Source of the DNA: Lingula anatina
Taxonomy: Eukaryota > Animalia > Brachiopoda
Length of the DNA: 64,000 bases
Direction of reading: 5' to 3'
NCBI GenBank assembly: GCA_051362555.1
Contig: CM120641.1
Span: 17,856,001 to 17,920,000 of the forward strand
The position numbers and the translations under genes are program-made. This document shows, piece by piece, positions 1 through 25,100 of this stretch. Every line of letters begins with the position of its first letter. The first letter of the stretch is position 1. Under the pieces are notes generated by a model that did no database searches, was not told where the DNA came from, and saw nothing but the letters and a program-made list of their open reading frames with translations.

Positions 1-636
1 AGGAATCAAGCACTGGTGAAACAATTCCAAATTATTGGTAAATGCTCTTATTAAATGAGTGTTAAATTAACCTCAACAACCTCCAGGCTTTTTGTGGAGA
101 ATATGTTTAAAGTTAAATAAAACACTTTTGTGAGGACATCCAAATAAGCACTTAATTAACAGCTTGAAATTCTTTTGTTAAATATTGCCACTTTTACCAC
201 ATGCCTTAAAATATATTTTTGTTTCAATTGTTTTTAACAAAATATGTTTACAATGTAATCATATGTTCTTAATCTAAGATCAACATAAAATTCTAAACAT
301 CAGCCCTCTTTTTGGAAATGGCGCATTAAATTCAATTACCCAATGAGATTCATCAATTGACACTTTCAAATATATATTGATTTATTTCCACAGGAAAACA
401 GCCAACAGACAGCTTCATGACGTTCTACAATTTGAGTCTCCATAAATATATAAAGGGAGATATAAAAGAATTCACCAGCATGCAATAGACAGTGTTAATT
501 AGAAATAACGGACCATCAGAGTCTCCCAAATTAGACATGTTGCTGTAAAAATAGGTCAAATGATAAATTCTCCTCAGAAGACATGTAATGTGGTTTAGAT
601 CCCCACTCAACCCAGTCCAACTTGGTCCCGCTGGTT

Positions 637-11150
<10,514 letters not shown>

Positions 11151-14100
11151 ATGGTCGTGCCATTGATACCTATTTGCATTGCAGGCGGAGGGGCTGCCGC
11201 AGTGCTTTTAATAAAGTAAGTGACTTTTCATTAGTCTTACATTAGTGTTAAAGAACCAAAGGCAATGGAATACGGGGTTTATATTTCTTAAACTTAAAGT
11301 TAAACCTACCTGTAGCTGTATTACTTCTGAGCCTGTCTGTGCCAGATTCTTGATGTTCAGATATTTTAATATCTGATTAAAATCTTGGTCATATTGCACG
11401 TTGCAAGACTGTGACCTAGCATTTAATTTTACCGCGCGAATTACAAATTAGCCCCTCAGTCATCTGGAGCTTGGAAGACCTAGCTGTTTCATGAGGTTTT
11501 CGTATGTGGGTATGTCTAAAATGTCACTGGAATTAAGCAGTATGTACGATTTATTTTTTGTAAAGCTTAAAATATTGTGTATAAATACATTATCATGTCT
11601 TGATGTACTGGTATTAATATGTACATGCTGCATGGTATTCAAAATTTACTAAGTAAATATTTTTAGATGCCATCATCATTCATGCTGAAATGAATAGCTA
11701 CATGGTTTTTATGAATTATTAACCCATTGTAGCCCTCGTCATCAAAACAAACGGCAGCCATACTGGAGGGAGACCGGAATCGTCTGCTGCGCATGATCAT
11801 GTCTACATGTACAATTTAGCATTTAATTTCTGTGTTTTCTTTGATATTAAACCGAGTAAAATGATGAATTACTGCAGGGTATATGACAGAGAGAAGATAA
11901 ATAACTTTACAAGCGTTCACAGACTGCCTGCAGTGGTAACAATCCAATTAAGGTGTAGTGACGAAAACTGTAAACGGAGGAGAGACTGAGGAGTGGCTTT
12001 GAATCAAGACTAATCGGACAAGTAAAGGATAAAACTAATTTATTTTACAGCAAAGAATGAAGACCCAGCTGTGCAGCCTTTACCATAAAAGAAAAAAGTA
12101 GAAAACCAATGACCGAGGTGTATAAGATATGAGCGCACGTACACTGCATATCAGTAGTGCCCAAAAAGTCTTGGTGGAGAGTGTGTTGTAAAAACGTGTG
12201 GAAATACCCAGGCAGGGTTTCGACTTTCATTATGAAGACTCACTTATTGCCTTGGGTGTAATTTGTTATCAGTTATGGTGCTCTTTGGATTTTATCTGCT
12301 GTCATCTACCTCTGTAATACCTGGTTAGCATTATTGTCAATTAGTGTCAAGGCTACATTACAATGTACACAGCTCAGCTGGGCCAATTAAATCAATTACC
12401 TGTGTCATGTGTATTTGGAAGTAAGTGGCTTGATTTTAGATTTAGTGTAGTGTTAAGAGTAAATCTGTTTTGTAAGTATATATTCTAGCTCAGGTACCAT
12501 TTAATTGAATGAACTTAATGAAATGAATTTGAAAAATGTTGAATTCTGTGTTTTCCTACTGTATTATGATGCAAGTTACAATATGAATAAAAATAACTAT
12601 TGTTACCTTTTTTGTTAATTTACATTTAGGAAATTGATCTGACATTTTCCCACCAAGCCACACTGAATGATTGGGTGCAAATAAATCTTGGTTATCAAAA
12701 AAAAAAAAAAAAAAAAAGGTGACAGGTACAAAAGGCAGCTAGATGGCACACAAGGTAGAAGCAGCGAAAAATATTCTTATATCTTTGTGACCAGCTGAGG
12801 AGACAGGATCTGAACATCAGGAGAGTGAAATTCAGTGCATGACAGGAGTTATTTAATTGGATTTGTTTATTTATTTAATTGTTCATTTGTTGTTTTAAAG
12901 TTGTTATCCTGATAGCTTGCATACAACAAGGACAGGTTTTCTATTTATTTAGAATTGTGAGCAGAAGCACAAGAAGAAATGAAAACACTTTTTCTTTCTC
13001 ATATTTTTAAAGGCTAAATGGAAAAGTTTGCAAGAAATATAAAATTTTGTATGGTGCACCTCCCACAGATGGTCTGATATGCAGAAACAGATGGCTGTTG
13101 TACCTGAGGTTGTGCATTTTTAAATTGTGACCACCAGTTGTGGAATTCTCCTAAATAAAATTACAAACTGCTTAGTAACACCATCTAAGGCCTTATATGT
13201 ACATACCCACACAGCACATATCAATTGTGAGTCTTCAATCAAGCATTTCTCTAGACATAGATTAAAAATATACTAAACAGGTTCCTCAAATTATGTTGGC
13301 TTGATTCCACTTATATGCTCATGTACATGTTGCATTGCATCATTAAAAGTATGGAAATATTTTTCATGTCAGTGTTATCAACCAAAAGGAAAGGGACCCT
13401 GATAATTTGTCATTGAATTGTGCAACAATGTTTTGCATTTTATGTTTACTTTTATCCATACAAAATGTGCATTTTCCTATATTTCCAATCAAATAAAGAT
13501 CAATTCATGAACTGACTTGTTGTTATGTTACATTGAATGTCATAAGTTTGAAAAATACATTGCTTCTGTGAAGGTCTGGACTAATAATAAAATGCTAACA
13601 ATGTTGCTACTGTGAATGGTTGAATTCATGGTAAAATATTGAACTCTCAAACAACAGTCATGTTACAAATACTTCCTAATGAACCAAAATGAGGCACAAG
13701 AATGCTGAAATAATTTCTGACAGCTTCATGATGTACAGTTAAATCATATCTGACAGCAATATTTCTTGTCACAACCCTGCATACTGTCTTCTTTGAGTCC
13801 GTAATTAAGGGTTGATCCCGATAGTCAGCTCAAATTTCTCCTTATATCTATCCTTTATGTAAAAAGTTGCTTCTATGAAAGGATGAACTTATGATTACAC
13901 AGCAAACTCGCTAAAACTATAACTGTTATTACCCAATGAACAAGAAAAATGAAGTACAAGATAACTGAACTAGCTCCTGACAACATTCCACGATGTTGGG
14001 ATACAGGGGTAGGTCAGGATTTCACGTCTTTGGACTGTCTTGAGTTTATATGGGTCGATCACGCTGATCAGCTGAGGTTTTCACATGTATATACTTTTTT

Positions 14101-17100
14101 CCTTTTGGTGTACTTGATCACGATATGAAGATTATTTCATTTTATTTGGTTCACCTATATTTAAGCTACTATTTTCCGTCGTTCTTTCCCTCCAGAATGG
14201 CCGCTGGACGAGTGTTACGGAGCAAATATGACGTCACTGTAATGGGTTAATTGCATTGGAAATGTTATAAATAGCAGGTGATATTAACCATTACAGATGT
14301 TATACAGGTGGAGGCATTTGCCGAAGCACAGCAAGGCTTGATGGGAAAACAGTGGTGATCACAGGAGCAAACACAGGGATTGGAAAGGAGACTGCCATAG
14401 ACTTAGCCAAAAGAGGTATTGTATGAAAGGAAATAAAGATGGAGTTTCTGTACAGCTTATGAATAGAAATGTCTCTATCAAACCGAGGCACACAGAACAA
14501 GTAATTGGTATAATACCATTATGATACACTGTATTTGACAAAGTGGATATTATTGGTGTTTTTGGTGCTTTTTTTCCTTTAAAGCCAATTAATCTCCACT
14601 TCACATGCATTCATAATTTGAAATTTAAATGTTTGAAATGTGCCTCATAATGATAATCAGTCATAAAATTAGCTTGATTTTGAAGAAAAAAGAAAATGCA
14701 CATGCCTTTAACAATGCATGTACCAAGTGCAAATACTAGTAATGATATTTCATATATTGATTGTAACTGTTTGAGTAGCTTGAAAGACTTGTTTTTGGTG
14801 TTTTTTTTTTTGAAGTTGTTAAATCTGTGAATTAATTCTGATGTTAGAAAAAAATATTTTAAAAAATTGTATTTACATGTAACATTTAAAAATAGTCTTT
14901 TCTTAGCATTTCAAATTTCAACATCCTTTCACTGTAATATTGTTTTTTAAAAAACCCAATTTTAAACAAATGAATGTTAAGTTTTTAAATTAAAATGCGT
15001 AGCCAAGTACTTATAAAAACAGATTATGCTTTTGGTTTTGAATCTCAGTCTTCATTTTGACCTGAAATTACATATAGCTCTTATCACATGTGCCACAGAT
15101 CTAGATAGGAAATGACACTTGACTAGGTCTGCACTGGTGAATTTATACATCCCGGGCAGCTGTCATGACCCACGTGACAAAGAAAAAAAAACAGGTGGGA
15201 AAATCTATGATATGAGTCAAATAGTGCTATGATGTAATAAGTTATCATCATCCTGTTACAATTGGTATAGACTAGTAGTTACAATTAAGATTGAATTTTT
15301 CAGGAGCTAGGGTAATTCTTGCATGCCGGGATATGAAAAAAGGACAACAAGCTCTTGAAGAAGTAAGCAATGTTTCAGAGAGCCCTAACAGTGTGGTGCT
15401 GCATCATTTGGACCTGGCAAGCCTGAAGTCAGTAAGGAAGTGTGCTGATGAAATTTTGAAGAGTAAGAAATAGTTTAGTTGCTGTATATGTACACATATA
15501 TATGGGAATTTTCAAAAAATTCAGACATTTTTAGTTGCTAAGTTTCATTAGAGAAAAATTATTGCAAAGTTGTGAAAGGTCACTTGGGTAATTTTCAGAA
15601 ACTGTATTTTGTACTGAACATAAAAATTTAAATTATGGGAAAAATGTAATCCAGGAACAAGTGAGGTCTATGAAATTTATCACTTATTACCATGTTTGTA
15701 TCTATTGGGGGCGGGGGAAGGGGGGGAGACATTATACCTTTATTTTCATTTCTAAACCAGCTAAACTGAATTTTTTCTCAAGTCTAAGATACCATATATA
15801 TTGCAGAAAAACTACGATAATCACTCCATCTTGTCAGTGGGGAATATTGTGAATTTTACAGACTGATACCGTATGTAATGTGTTAATGTAACAATTTCTT
15901 AAAATGAGAGCATTCTAATTGAGTGGTACTAGCTACGAAATTGAAAAGCAGGCTACCCTACAGTTCTTTTCTATGCAGTAAAAGCAGTTCTTTTCTGTGC
16001 AGTACTGAGTAATTTTTATGATTTCAAAAGTATGTACATGTACCTGAAGGATTGACAATTTTGCCCATTACTGTAAACACTGTTGTGAGATTTTAGAACA
16101 TTTAAATTTTAATGATTTTACTAAAATCAAGAATCTTTCTGTAATACAAAGGAGAAATTCTGAAGAGTAAGGAATTACTACTGGAGACTGCGGAGAATAC
16201 ATAGGTTTTAGCTCATGTGGAGCAGGCAATATTACAATCTAATAAAATTTTATTTTTTTATCCTTGTTAGTAGATATACATGAAATTTCTGATAAATTAT
16301 ATTAATGATTTTTTAGAAGAAGAGAAGATAGATATTTTAATCAACAATGCTGGGGTTATGATGTGTCCATACACAAAAACAGAGGACGGCTTTGAAATGC
16401 AGTTTGGTACCAACCATTTAGGTGAGTTTGATGCACTGTTGTGTTTAATTTTATACGTGCCAAATTTTCCATATAGTTCACCATATAATATAAAGAGTTT
16501 TTAGTTAGTGTGCTGCAGTGTAGTAGTGCTGTATATACCCTTTAGTCCATTCATATGAATAATTTACTTCCTGTGTTACAGATACATTATAAAATATAAA
16601 TTATTTGTGCTTAGCATTAAAACTTTCCTTTAAAATTTTTATTTCATCAAGCCTGCCATTTTACTACCAATATACTCTTCCATAACAGTGTTACTGTATA
16701 TGTGCTTACTTGATTTTATTTTCTAGCTAAGTCATTGTTTTCTAAGTGGCCTATTAAAGATTGCTGTTTTCCAGGACACTTTTTGTTGACCAATTTGTTG
16801 CTGGATCGAATAAAAGCAAGTGCTCCAAGTCGTATTGTTAATGTTGCATCCAGAGCACATGAAATGGGGGAAATGAACTTTGCTGATTTGATGGGAGAGA
16901 AGGGCTATAGCTCAGTTAAAGCCTATGGCCAAAGCAAACTTGCCAATATTCTATTTACACGTGAACTAGCCAGAAGATTGGAAGGTCATCACATAAAATT
17001 TTTTTACTTATTTAAATTGCACAGTTTCTTTCTTTTTCCTAGAAAAGTAATCCTTTTTTTCAATATGTCAGTATTTGAATATAAAGAGACTGTTGTCCAT

Positions 17101-18269
17101 CGATGCATATTTTCTTCATATATTTCCTTTATGTGCTGCCAATGATGAATCAATCATCAATTGTTTGAGTTTCATTCATATTAAGTTATGTTTGTGAATA
17201 TTCCACATTGAGCAAGTTTTGTCCAATTGGTTGCCACTAAACCCAACCATATGCCACCATAGTGCTTGAAATAGTGTAATTTAAAGAAATACCACAGAGC
17301 TTTGTTACACTGTATCCTGAAAAAATGATATTGGCACAGTCTGGTACAACTGATTTATATATGTTACAGGGTATTTACTCTCACTTCATATGTATCTTTA
17401 AGCTTATCTTTTTCTTGCATTTTAGGATGTGGAGTTAGTACATATGCTGTACATCCTGGTGCGGTGAAAACAGAGCTTGGCAGACACCTTTTCTTAAGCC
17501 ATCCAATTTTTGAATATCTTCTCTTCCCAGTTATTTGGCTTTTGTTGAAAACCCCTAAGCAAGGGGCTCAGACATCTATTTACTGCTCTGTAGCAGAAGA
17601 GTTAGATGGCATTAGTGGAAAGTATTATTCGTAAGTCATAATCTTGAAATAATCTGAATGTATACACATTTCTCATCTGTCTGTCAACTCAAGTGTAAAA
17701 TTTGCAGGAGGAATGGTATTCACTTACATGAATTCTTTTTCTAACATCTGATTTGTGTGCTTGTTGAAGGTTTAAAGATTTGTTGGGTTGAAGGTGTATT
17801 GTTCTTCAAAAGATGATAAGTTCATTCAAAATGATGCATTATATAATTATTACTTACTGCAATACTTACTGTTTGAAATTTATATTTACAGTATGCGTAC
17901 ATGTATATTGTATTTTATCACCAGACCAGAGCAGTATATTTGGATACAATGGATTCTCATGATTTACATAATCTTAGGCAAAAGTCTTATAAACAAAAAG
18001 TTATTTAAATGATTGACAACGAAAAAATTATTGCGTTTTCTCATTTCTTTCAGCCATTTGGATTTGACTGAATTTTTAGTTTAGTTTGCTGAAAATAAAC
18101 TGATTATATATTGTGAAAAGACACCGTGAGTATTGAAACTAACTGTAAAGAATAGGGATGTTTTTATCATTTCAGGGATTGTGCTGAATTGGAGCCTTCA
18201 AGACGTGCCCAGAATGAAGATGATGCAAAGAAACTGTGGGAAATCAGTGAAAAGCTGGTGGGTTTGTAG
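11151..18269 (+). CDS. Retinol dehydrogenase 11/12/13-like short-chain dehydrogenase/reductase, copy 1 (318 aa, 7 exons)
   Basis: join(11151..11215,14297..14415,15304..15462,16317..16421,16775..16984,17426..17630,18176..18269). N-terminal hydrophobic anchor, TGANTGIG Rossmann motif, [19 protein letters not shown], catalytic [14 protein letters not shown] and LWEISEKLV*. Confidence 0.93.
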
Positions 18270-19299
18270 TAGTGGACAATTATTTAGACAACAAGTGATG
18301 CAAAGATGGGGCTCAAATTATCTCTTTTTTTCACACAATCAAGGACTAATGAAATGTATTACAGCATTGTTGTTTCTTACTTTCAATTGATAAAAGGTGA
18401 CTGTGGTATTTTTATTGTGGTTGTATTGGTAACATTTATCCTCCTAATCTGAAAGTATTGAAAGCATATATAATGCAAATCCTACCATTATGCAAGTAGT
18501 GATTTATGATTAATATTTTATAACATTCTTACTTTTGTTTGAAAAAAGATATTAATGTTTCAATTTCTTGTTTGAGAAAGTGTTAATGTGTTTATCTATC
18601 AGTGATGATTTTAAGAAATGATTGTGAGAATTTGTTTGAAGTATATTTATGGATCTCTTTTCGACCTAATTTTTTTATATCTTAAGTGTATTTTGGCAAT
18701 ACCTACATCCTTTGTGAAATACCTCTATTATTCTTGTAAAAATTGAACATTTTTCTAAAACTGTGTTTTCTATACTGGTTCTTTTGTAATGACCTCGTTA
18801 ACTTTTTGATAACCTTGATTTTGAAGTATAATCCTTTTTAACAGTCAAGATGTTTCCAGTATTTTTATACTTCTGTCAGACATGTTATACTCTTTTAATA
18901 TCTCTATGACAAATTACCGATGTGGCCTTTTATAAGGAACTTTATTTAAATGTTTTGGCAGCCATTGCTTGTAAGACAAATTTTTGTTAGGTTTAAATTT
19001 TTGTTGTATTGTTAAAAAATTTGTTTAGACATGTTTCCATTAAATGTGTGGCTCTGAAAATTATCACTCTCAGGATAGTTAGATTGCTATTTATTTCTTG
19101 CTTTCCAAGTTTGCTTTATGTACAGTTCAACTGCAAATTAATGCATTTTGCAAATTATCTCCTCAGTTTGTTGTTGATTAAATTATTTAATATTTACAAT
19201 TTTACCTTTAACTGATAATAAATAACATCTTGTGTATCACCGTAGGAAATGCTTTTTATTTTCTTGAGATTAGATTGTTCTTATAATTAATAGAATAGG

Positions 19300-19652
19300 A
19301 AATATAGCACAGATGCTGAGCTTACTAATAAGGTAATGGCTCGATCATTTAAGCCAGGAACAATTATCAATTTTTCAGATACATAATTATTCAAAAGACA
19401 TTTCTAAGTAGCATTTACTGTATAGAATAGAGATATTAGATAGTCTGCTTTTCAATTGTGTTGCTACCACTCAGCAGGAATATTCTAATTTTAAGATTTA
19501 TACTTTTAAAAAATGCAGTATCTGTAAAATTTTCCTGGTTGAAATGATTGAGCTATTACCATTATATGCCCAATTCAATGGAATGGTTTTAGTGTGCATT
19601 GAAAGGCTTTCCAAATTGGGCCATAAGTAAGTTCAGCACCTGTGCTATATTT
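19300..19652. mobile_element. MITE-like element with about 27-bp terminal inverted repeats
   Basis: AAATATAGCACAGATGCTGAGCTTACT ... AGTAAGTTCAGCACCTGTGCTATATTT, plus an inner inverted pair. Related fragment near 55530-55625. Confidence 0.55.
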
Positions 19653-21180
19653 CATGGGTATATTTGGGATAAAGAAAGCCAAGGTATAAAGAGAAATCTG
19701 AATTATATACCGAATCTAACCTACCTTCAGCATATGCATAAGTGACACACACACACATATACACTGACTTTAAAGAGCATGAATGAATGGTAGCAACCAT
19801 ATTCTGCCATGTCAGCTCATGACCATATGATGGGGAAAAGATCGCTGGTCAAGGGTCACATACGAAAATTGTACATGCATTCACGAGAACATACAAACTT
19901 TGGAACATATTCTGTGTGACTGCACATTCACAGCTGGCAAAATTCACTAACTAGGGAGTTTAGATCAGTTTTAGCTTACAAGTGATATATATTAATATAT
20001 CTCTCCAATGTAATTTTGACTGCTTCATTTGCTGATATAGTGAAAGTGAAGAAATGTTTTCTTTGTTTATTTTGCTTCTGCTCACATTCAGAATAAATAA
20101 AATACCTATCTATCCTATGGCATGCCATTTGCTTCAAAAATTTGAAACGAAAAATATATATCTAAAGATAATCATATGTATTTATAAATATTATTATTCA
20201 TTTTGTATTTATAAGTATTATTATTCATTTGGACGGTATTTATTGCTTGTGAACTGTTGTGTGGACGGGAATTAGTGCTTGTGGACGGTAGTGGTCAGTT
20301 GTGCTCAGTTGTAGACGGTAATTGGGTACACCCGAATGATTCCGCATGCTCTGTGTATACACATTTTGCTGACGTCACCAAGAAAGTTTTTATATTTGAA
20401 AAAAAAAATATTCGAACAAAATTTATATTCAACATTTTTTTTTATTTGAAAGGTTATATATACATTTGAAAACAAGTATTTATATTCCAAAATCTTCAAC
20501 TTATTAAATGCATGAAAATATTTTCAAAGTCATATTTTTTGTTTTTTGATGAATATATAAAGCCTTTGTAATGCATGAAATCTTTTTCACATAATTTTTT
20601 TTTTTTTTGCTTCAAAATGAATAATAATACTAATAAACACAAATGATTATCTTTAGATATATATTTTCTGCTTCAAATTTTTGAAGCAAATGGTATGCCA
20701 TACTATCCAGTTATGTGATTCATGTATTTTTGTGCTTTTTGTGTGGGACAGAGACAAAATACCAGGGTTATCAATGAATTCAATACTGTACATGGGTACA
20801 TTTTTATTTTGGATAGCAATATAATTTGATACAATAAATAAATGCAGATATTTTGCACATATTACAGGAATGATTTTCAAAATACAAATAATATAAAGCC
20901 TGCATCTTTTTGGCAAATGTACAGCATATTAGAAAACATGTGTTCATTAAATTCATTTGGAATAATATTAATGGTTTTAGTCTTGCATTATGGCATGATA
21001 AATGATTTTTGTTGATTTTATTTCATTGTCCCATCAATGGTGACAGCTGATTTTTAATTAAGAAAAAAAAATTCACACATTTTATACTGCATGGTAGCTA
21101 CTTCAGTATCTGAAACGTAGGCCTACCTAAAAATGATCATCTTAGATTAATAGAGAATATTGTTGAATCAGTAAAGAATT

Positions 21181-21291
21181 CCCTAACGAAAAAGTCCTAT
21201 AGGATCCTATAAGATCCTATAGGAAATTGGGCCAATTTCTTATAAAATCCTGTAGGATCTTAAAGGATCCTATAGGACTTTTCCGTAAGGG
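21181..21291. mobile_element. Palindromic MITE with CCC...GGG ends and internal CCTATAGGAT repeats
   Basis: CCCTAACGAAAAAGTCCTATAGGATCC ... GGATCCTATAGGACTTTTCCGTAAGGG. Confidence 0.6.
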
Positions 21292-21763
21292 AAATTAATA
21301 AATAAATGATATAAATGACTCTTCCATAGTAAATCAATAAAGAAAACTTATTTAATGGAAAAATAATTCACAGGTGGGCCAACACCACATGCATGGCCTC
21401 ATACCTAATTGACAAATGGAATTGCAGTTCAAAAGTTATCATTGTCAAATTTACTCATCTCCATCATAAAGATGTTATAATTATTAATCGATTTTAAGTA
21501 ATTTGAATATTGACAAATAAAAATTTTTACCACGTTTCTAGGCCGACCTCGTTTTTCCTCAATAAAACTGCAGACTTTGTGCATTTAACGGTCTTATATT
21601 GCGTGAAACAAAAAGCAAATCGATCTTAATTAAAATTCTCTAAATAGATCACTTTGTTATTAGACAGTGATTAAAAGAGCCAGAGTCGGGAGAACGGCTC
21701 GCCCACGGTGGTCTGACCGCGAAGCGTTCGAATCTCTGGAATCTTGTCACAGTGGGGTTAAAA

Positions 21764-21920
21764 GGGAGCGTCTCGATAGTCCGAAGGTTCATTGGTCCGA
21801 AAAGTGGTAACATTTTCATCGATTTTTAATCAAGTGTTCATTGGTCCGAAGGTTCTATAGTGAATATTCGGACCAATGAACCTTCGGACTATTGAACCTT
21901 CGGACTATTGCTACGGCCCC
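21764..21920. mobile_element. Non-autonomous DNA transposon with 8-bp TSD and internal GTCCGAAGGTTC repeats
   Basis: GGTTAAAA duplicated at 21756-21763 and 21921-21928; inverted subterminal repeats. Degenerate relative near 54955-55125. Confidence 0.75.
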
Positions 21921-22100
21921 GGTTAAAATGGGAAAAAAAACTTTTGAATAGTCTGACCTGTTTATCAGCTTACGGAGTTATACGGTTGCACGATCCTATC
22001 AATAAGCTCTATACAACCCGTATGAATACATGTACATATTGATCCGACTCGCAGTGCAGTGTGTGCCGACTGCAGGACTTTACTCCCAATCGGTGTCGCA

Positions 22101-25100
22101 ATGGGCTCAAAATTTGGGAGTTGGAACTTTACTGACACGGAATATATAACTGAGCCGTTGATACCGCTTTGTATTGTAGGTGCAGGGGTTGTTGCAGTGG
22201 TTTTGATAAAGTAAGTGAAGTTTTATGTAGGTCTACCATGAACAACTTCTAAAATAATGCTGTGTCATGCTTATACGCTGGTTTGTAATCACCACAGAGG
22301 TGAGCAGCAAGGTGAAGCCTTGCTTTAATAACGTACATGTAGTATAATGGCGTCTCTTATTGCGATTTTTAATGTCTGCACCTGGTTCGGAACTAACAAG
22401 ATGCTGAAACTAGAAATGCACTGAAATGGCAAAAAATCCTATTGCAAGCGTGCAACTAATATTCATTCATAGAAATAATAAAAGTCTAATAAAAATCTTC
22501 ATCTGCAGGCGGTACACAAGTGGAGGTGTTTGCCGAAGCACGGCAAGACTTGAGGGGAAAACAGTGGTGATCACAGGAGCAAACACAGGGATTGGAAAGG
22601 AAACTGCTATAGACTTAGCCAAAAGAGGTATCATACTGCAGTGAGAGTAGTCTGTGACGTTAGTCACTGATCCAAGCCCGCAGCCAGCAAAATTTTGTTT
22701 GGACCAGTAGATTTTTCATAATGTGTGAATTTAGTGGTCCGACATGGCCAATGGCTTTTTTTCTATAGATAAGCTTTCATAAGAGCTTCTGATTTTACTA
22801 TTTTTTATTTGTTTATTTATTTATTTATTTATTTATTTATTTTAAATGTAACTGTTAAGTGTTCTAAATTTTAAAAACTTTTGACACAATCAAGGTCCGG
22901 TTAATTGTTGGGACTAGTATAGGTTTTAGGAAAGTGATGGTCCGAACAGCCAGTATAAGCAGAATTAAAAGTTTATGACACACTCTGGAACACCTATTTT
23001 ATCAACTCATTCTTTCGGAGACAATCTGTAAATATTAGGGAAAATGTGATAAGATTAATGGTTGTTTTTATAAGTAATCTGCTGATTTATGTTGAATTAT
23101 TTAACCCCCCCCCCCCCCCCCCCTTTATCGGTAATAGAGTAACAATAACTGATCACAGTTATGTAACAATTTCTTTCCCACCAGGTGCAAGAGTAATCCT
23201 TGCTTGTAGGGATATGGAAAAGGGAAGTCAAGCTTTGAAAGAAGTTTGTGATGCATCGGGGAGCCCTCACAATGTAGCTCTGTATCATTTGGACCTGGCA
23301 AGCCTGAAATCAGTAAGGAAATGTGCTGATGAAATTTTGAAGAGTAAGTGAATTTATCAGTTAGGGCCACTCTGAGGTCCAATGCATGTTTATTACAAAC
23401 ATCCCTGATAGCATGTCAGTGCTCCAACATGGTACCACATCTATACCCTCTACCAGGGCGAGTGATAGATTTTTTACAGATATTCACAGATATGTCTCTA
23501 GCTAGATAGATGTTCATTTAAACTCAACTCACCCTGTTGATTAATCCCATGTGGGAGCAATAATCTCTGCGCGCACGCCAAAGGCTTTGTACTTGCTCTG
23601 CATGAGCTGACCTTCACAACGATGTGATAACTGCTTGTTACGCAACCAGTCTAACACCCCATTTCCATAGATTAGATCGACCTACTTTAGATCGACCTAA
23701 CTCCCTGGGGGTTCACGCTAAGTAGCTGTCAGCCGGGCGGACACGAAAGTTAATTACCCCCTTACATCTTGTAGTAGGCAGGACGGACATTTAAGTCGGA
23801 TTATCTGAAAGTAATCTAGTGAGACTCCCCGTGGGGATAGATCGATCTAAAATCTATGGGAATAGAGCCTAAGGCTTTTTTATCTGTCACAGTAGAGCAA
23901 GTGATTGAAGTCGGAATAATTAACTGTCTTGATTGCTGTCACGCAGACTTAGACTGGACCTGCTAAGTGGCAGTGCCTGAGCAGTTATGCAAACAATTAC
24001 CAGCCATGTAATCAACCTTGAGATTAATCAACAGGGTGAGTTGAGTTTAAATGAACATCTATCTAGCTAGAGACATATCTGTGAATATCTGTAAAAAATC
24101 TATCACTCGCCCTGGTAGAGGGTACCACATCTACTTGAAGTGGGCTGATGTTAATATCAGTTCATATCACAATGAGCACTGTTACTGACTGCCCCTAAGT
24201 ATAAGGATGGTGTAACAGGAATGGAAGTCCTAGGAATGGAAGCCTGGACTCCCATATGATTACTACAGGTAAGGGTTAGTTGGAGTATTGGGGCTAGTAT
24301 ATGAGACGAATGTCACCTGTACAAAGTATAAATGGGAAGTGAACTACGGTTCCTAGCAGACTTCCATTCCTGTTTCAATGGTACGTACTGGTAAATTATG
24401 TAGTTGATGCGATATTCCTGGCCAGTAGAAAGAATGTGCATTAGGTTAAAAAGTAGGACTTTTTTGGCCAGGAGAAGGTTTGATCTGAATCCTAATTTGC
24501 TATGTAGGATTTATGGAAACACTAACTTTAAGGTTTTGTAGTTAAAAAAAAAAGGTCCACTTTTTCAGAAAAAGAACCCCCCACCTCTCTCCTCTTTAAA
24601 ATTGCATGCTACAACTAAGGTTTGTAACAAGAGGTATTGCTATAAATTATTTTTTAAATTTTTAGGTGAAGACAAGATCAATATTTTAATCAACAATGCA
24701 GGGGTTATGATGTGTCCATACACAAAAACAGAGGATGGTTTTGAAATGCAGTTTGGGACCAACCATTTAGGTAAGTCTGTCTTCCTCATATGGTAAATTA
24801 CCAAATTTATAAACCATTGGAGTTTGTGTTTCTATTATAAACTTAATGTTAATTACTAGTTTTTATTTCAAAAATATTTTTTAGCATGTTTCTTACAATT
24901 TGTACTAGGATATTTCATCTGTATCAACTTTGTGTAGTTCTGTTTGCCTTCTCCTTCATTTCATCTGAATTCTACACCAAACTGGCAATAACATTTAAAT
25001 GGATAGATGTTAGTTAACTGTTTTTTTTCACAAAAATTCACCATTTTTTTGGCATTATTATTACAGTTTTCATTTTTCTCTAGGACACTTTTTGTTCACC

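Noticed and set aside
14195-14277. Possible extra RDH exon (acceptor TTCCCTCCAG at 14194, ATG, TGACGTCA at 14229)
   Set aside because: No phase-compatible donor before an in-frame TAA and no counterpart in copy 2; a lone CRE octamer is weak evidence.
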